Assembly (NCBI GenBank): GCA_035285545.1
Contig: JAYKGY010000009.1
Coordinates: forward strand, 1 to 30,929
From: Snowella sp.
Lineage (GTDB): Bacteria; Cyanobacteriota; Cyanobacteriia; Cyanobacteriales; Microcystaceae
Length of the DNA: 30,929 nt
Reading direction: 5' to 3'
In this document: in pieces, positions 29,538-30,929 of the stretch
Layout: each line of letters starts with the position of its first letter
How positions within the stretch are numbered: position 1 is the stretch's first letter
Notes under the pieces: generated by a model
Database searches by the model: none
Told to the model about the DNA's origin: nothing
What the model saw: only the letters and a program-made list of their open reading frames with translations
Made by a program: the position numbers and the translations under genes

Positions 29538-29624
29538 ACGGCTAATTTGTTACGTTTCGTTACCCCATCCCTAACGCCAAAGAAACAGCAAAAAAATAAT
29601 TATTCCTGCACTAAAACCCCCTAA

Positions 29625-30725
<1,101 letters not shown>

Positions 30726-30772
30726 TCTCAACAATATTTACTGATAGTAATTTTTTGGCTCTCTTATTCTTT

Positions 30773-30929
30773 GGCACTGGTGCCGCCAGATAGGATAGAA
30801 AAACCTTTTCTGTATATAATTTAGAGCGATCAGTACTGACAACAATCTAAATTCAGTTGCGTTATGGATTTATTCTCACATCCGTGTCCTTGCTGTGGCA
30901 GCAATGAGAGCCGCGCCCACAGCCGCTAT
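30773..30929 (+). mobile_element. 5' end of a probable IS1-family element (putative left IR plus transposase N-terminus 30864..>30929)
   Basis: ATG30864 reads MDLFSHPCPCCGSNESRAHSRY, a CPxC zinc-ribbon start as in InsA-type transposases, and runs off the window. Candidate IR begins GGCACTGGTGCC at 30773. Confidence 0.6.

Overview
Cyanobacterial chromosomal segment: the HIP1 octamer GCGATCGC is frequent and many proteins resemble Synechocystis/Chroococcales homologs. It is bounded by two different truncated IS elements, an IS5-family 3' end at the left and a probable IS1-family 5' end at the right, so it is probably a whole assembly contig. Most content is housekeeping: cofG, ftsH1, purB, bgtA/bgtB plus an SLH porin, gshB, a Cache-HAMP-GGDEF-EAL protein, an orphan histidine kinase, tRNA-Leu(CAA), cytochrome b561, a DedA/TVP38 protein, arsM, gatB, a Get3d-type ATPase, petP, wzm/wzt/epimerase, ppx and por. 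Less ordinary items: (i) a tandem pair of small proteins built only from four MshEN-like (c-di-GMP-binding-type) motifs, one copy lacking the key Arg; (ii) an orphan membrane-anchored TRAFAC GTPase; (iii) an AT-rich patch with an antitoxin, a frameshifted MazF/PemK toxin missed by the ORF track, and a ~105-bp MITE-like element; (iv) arsM joined directly to dedA without the arsS gene. All family calls come from motif recognition and recall; no database search was run.
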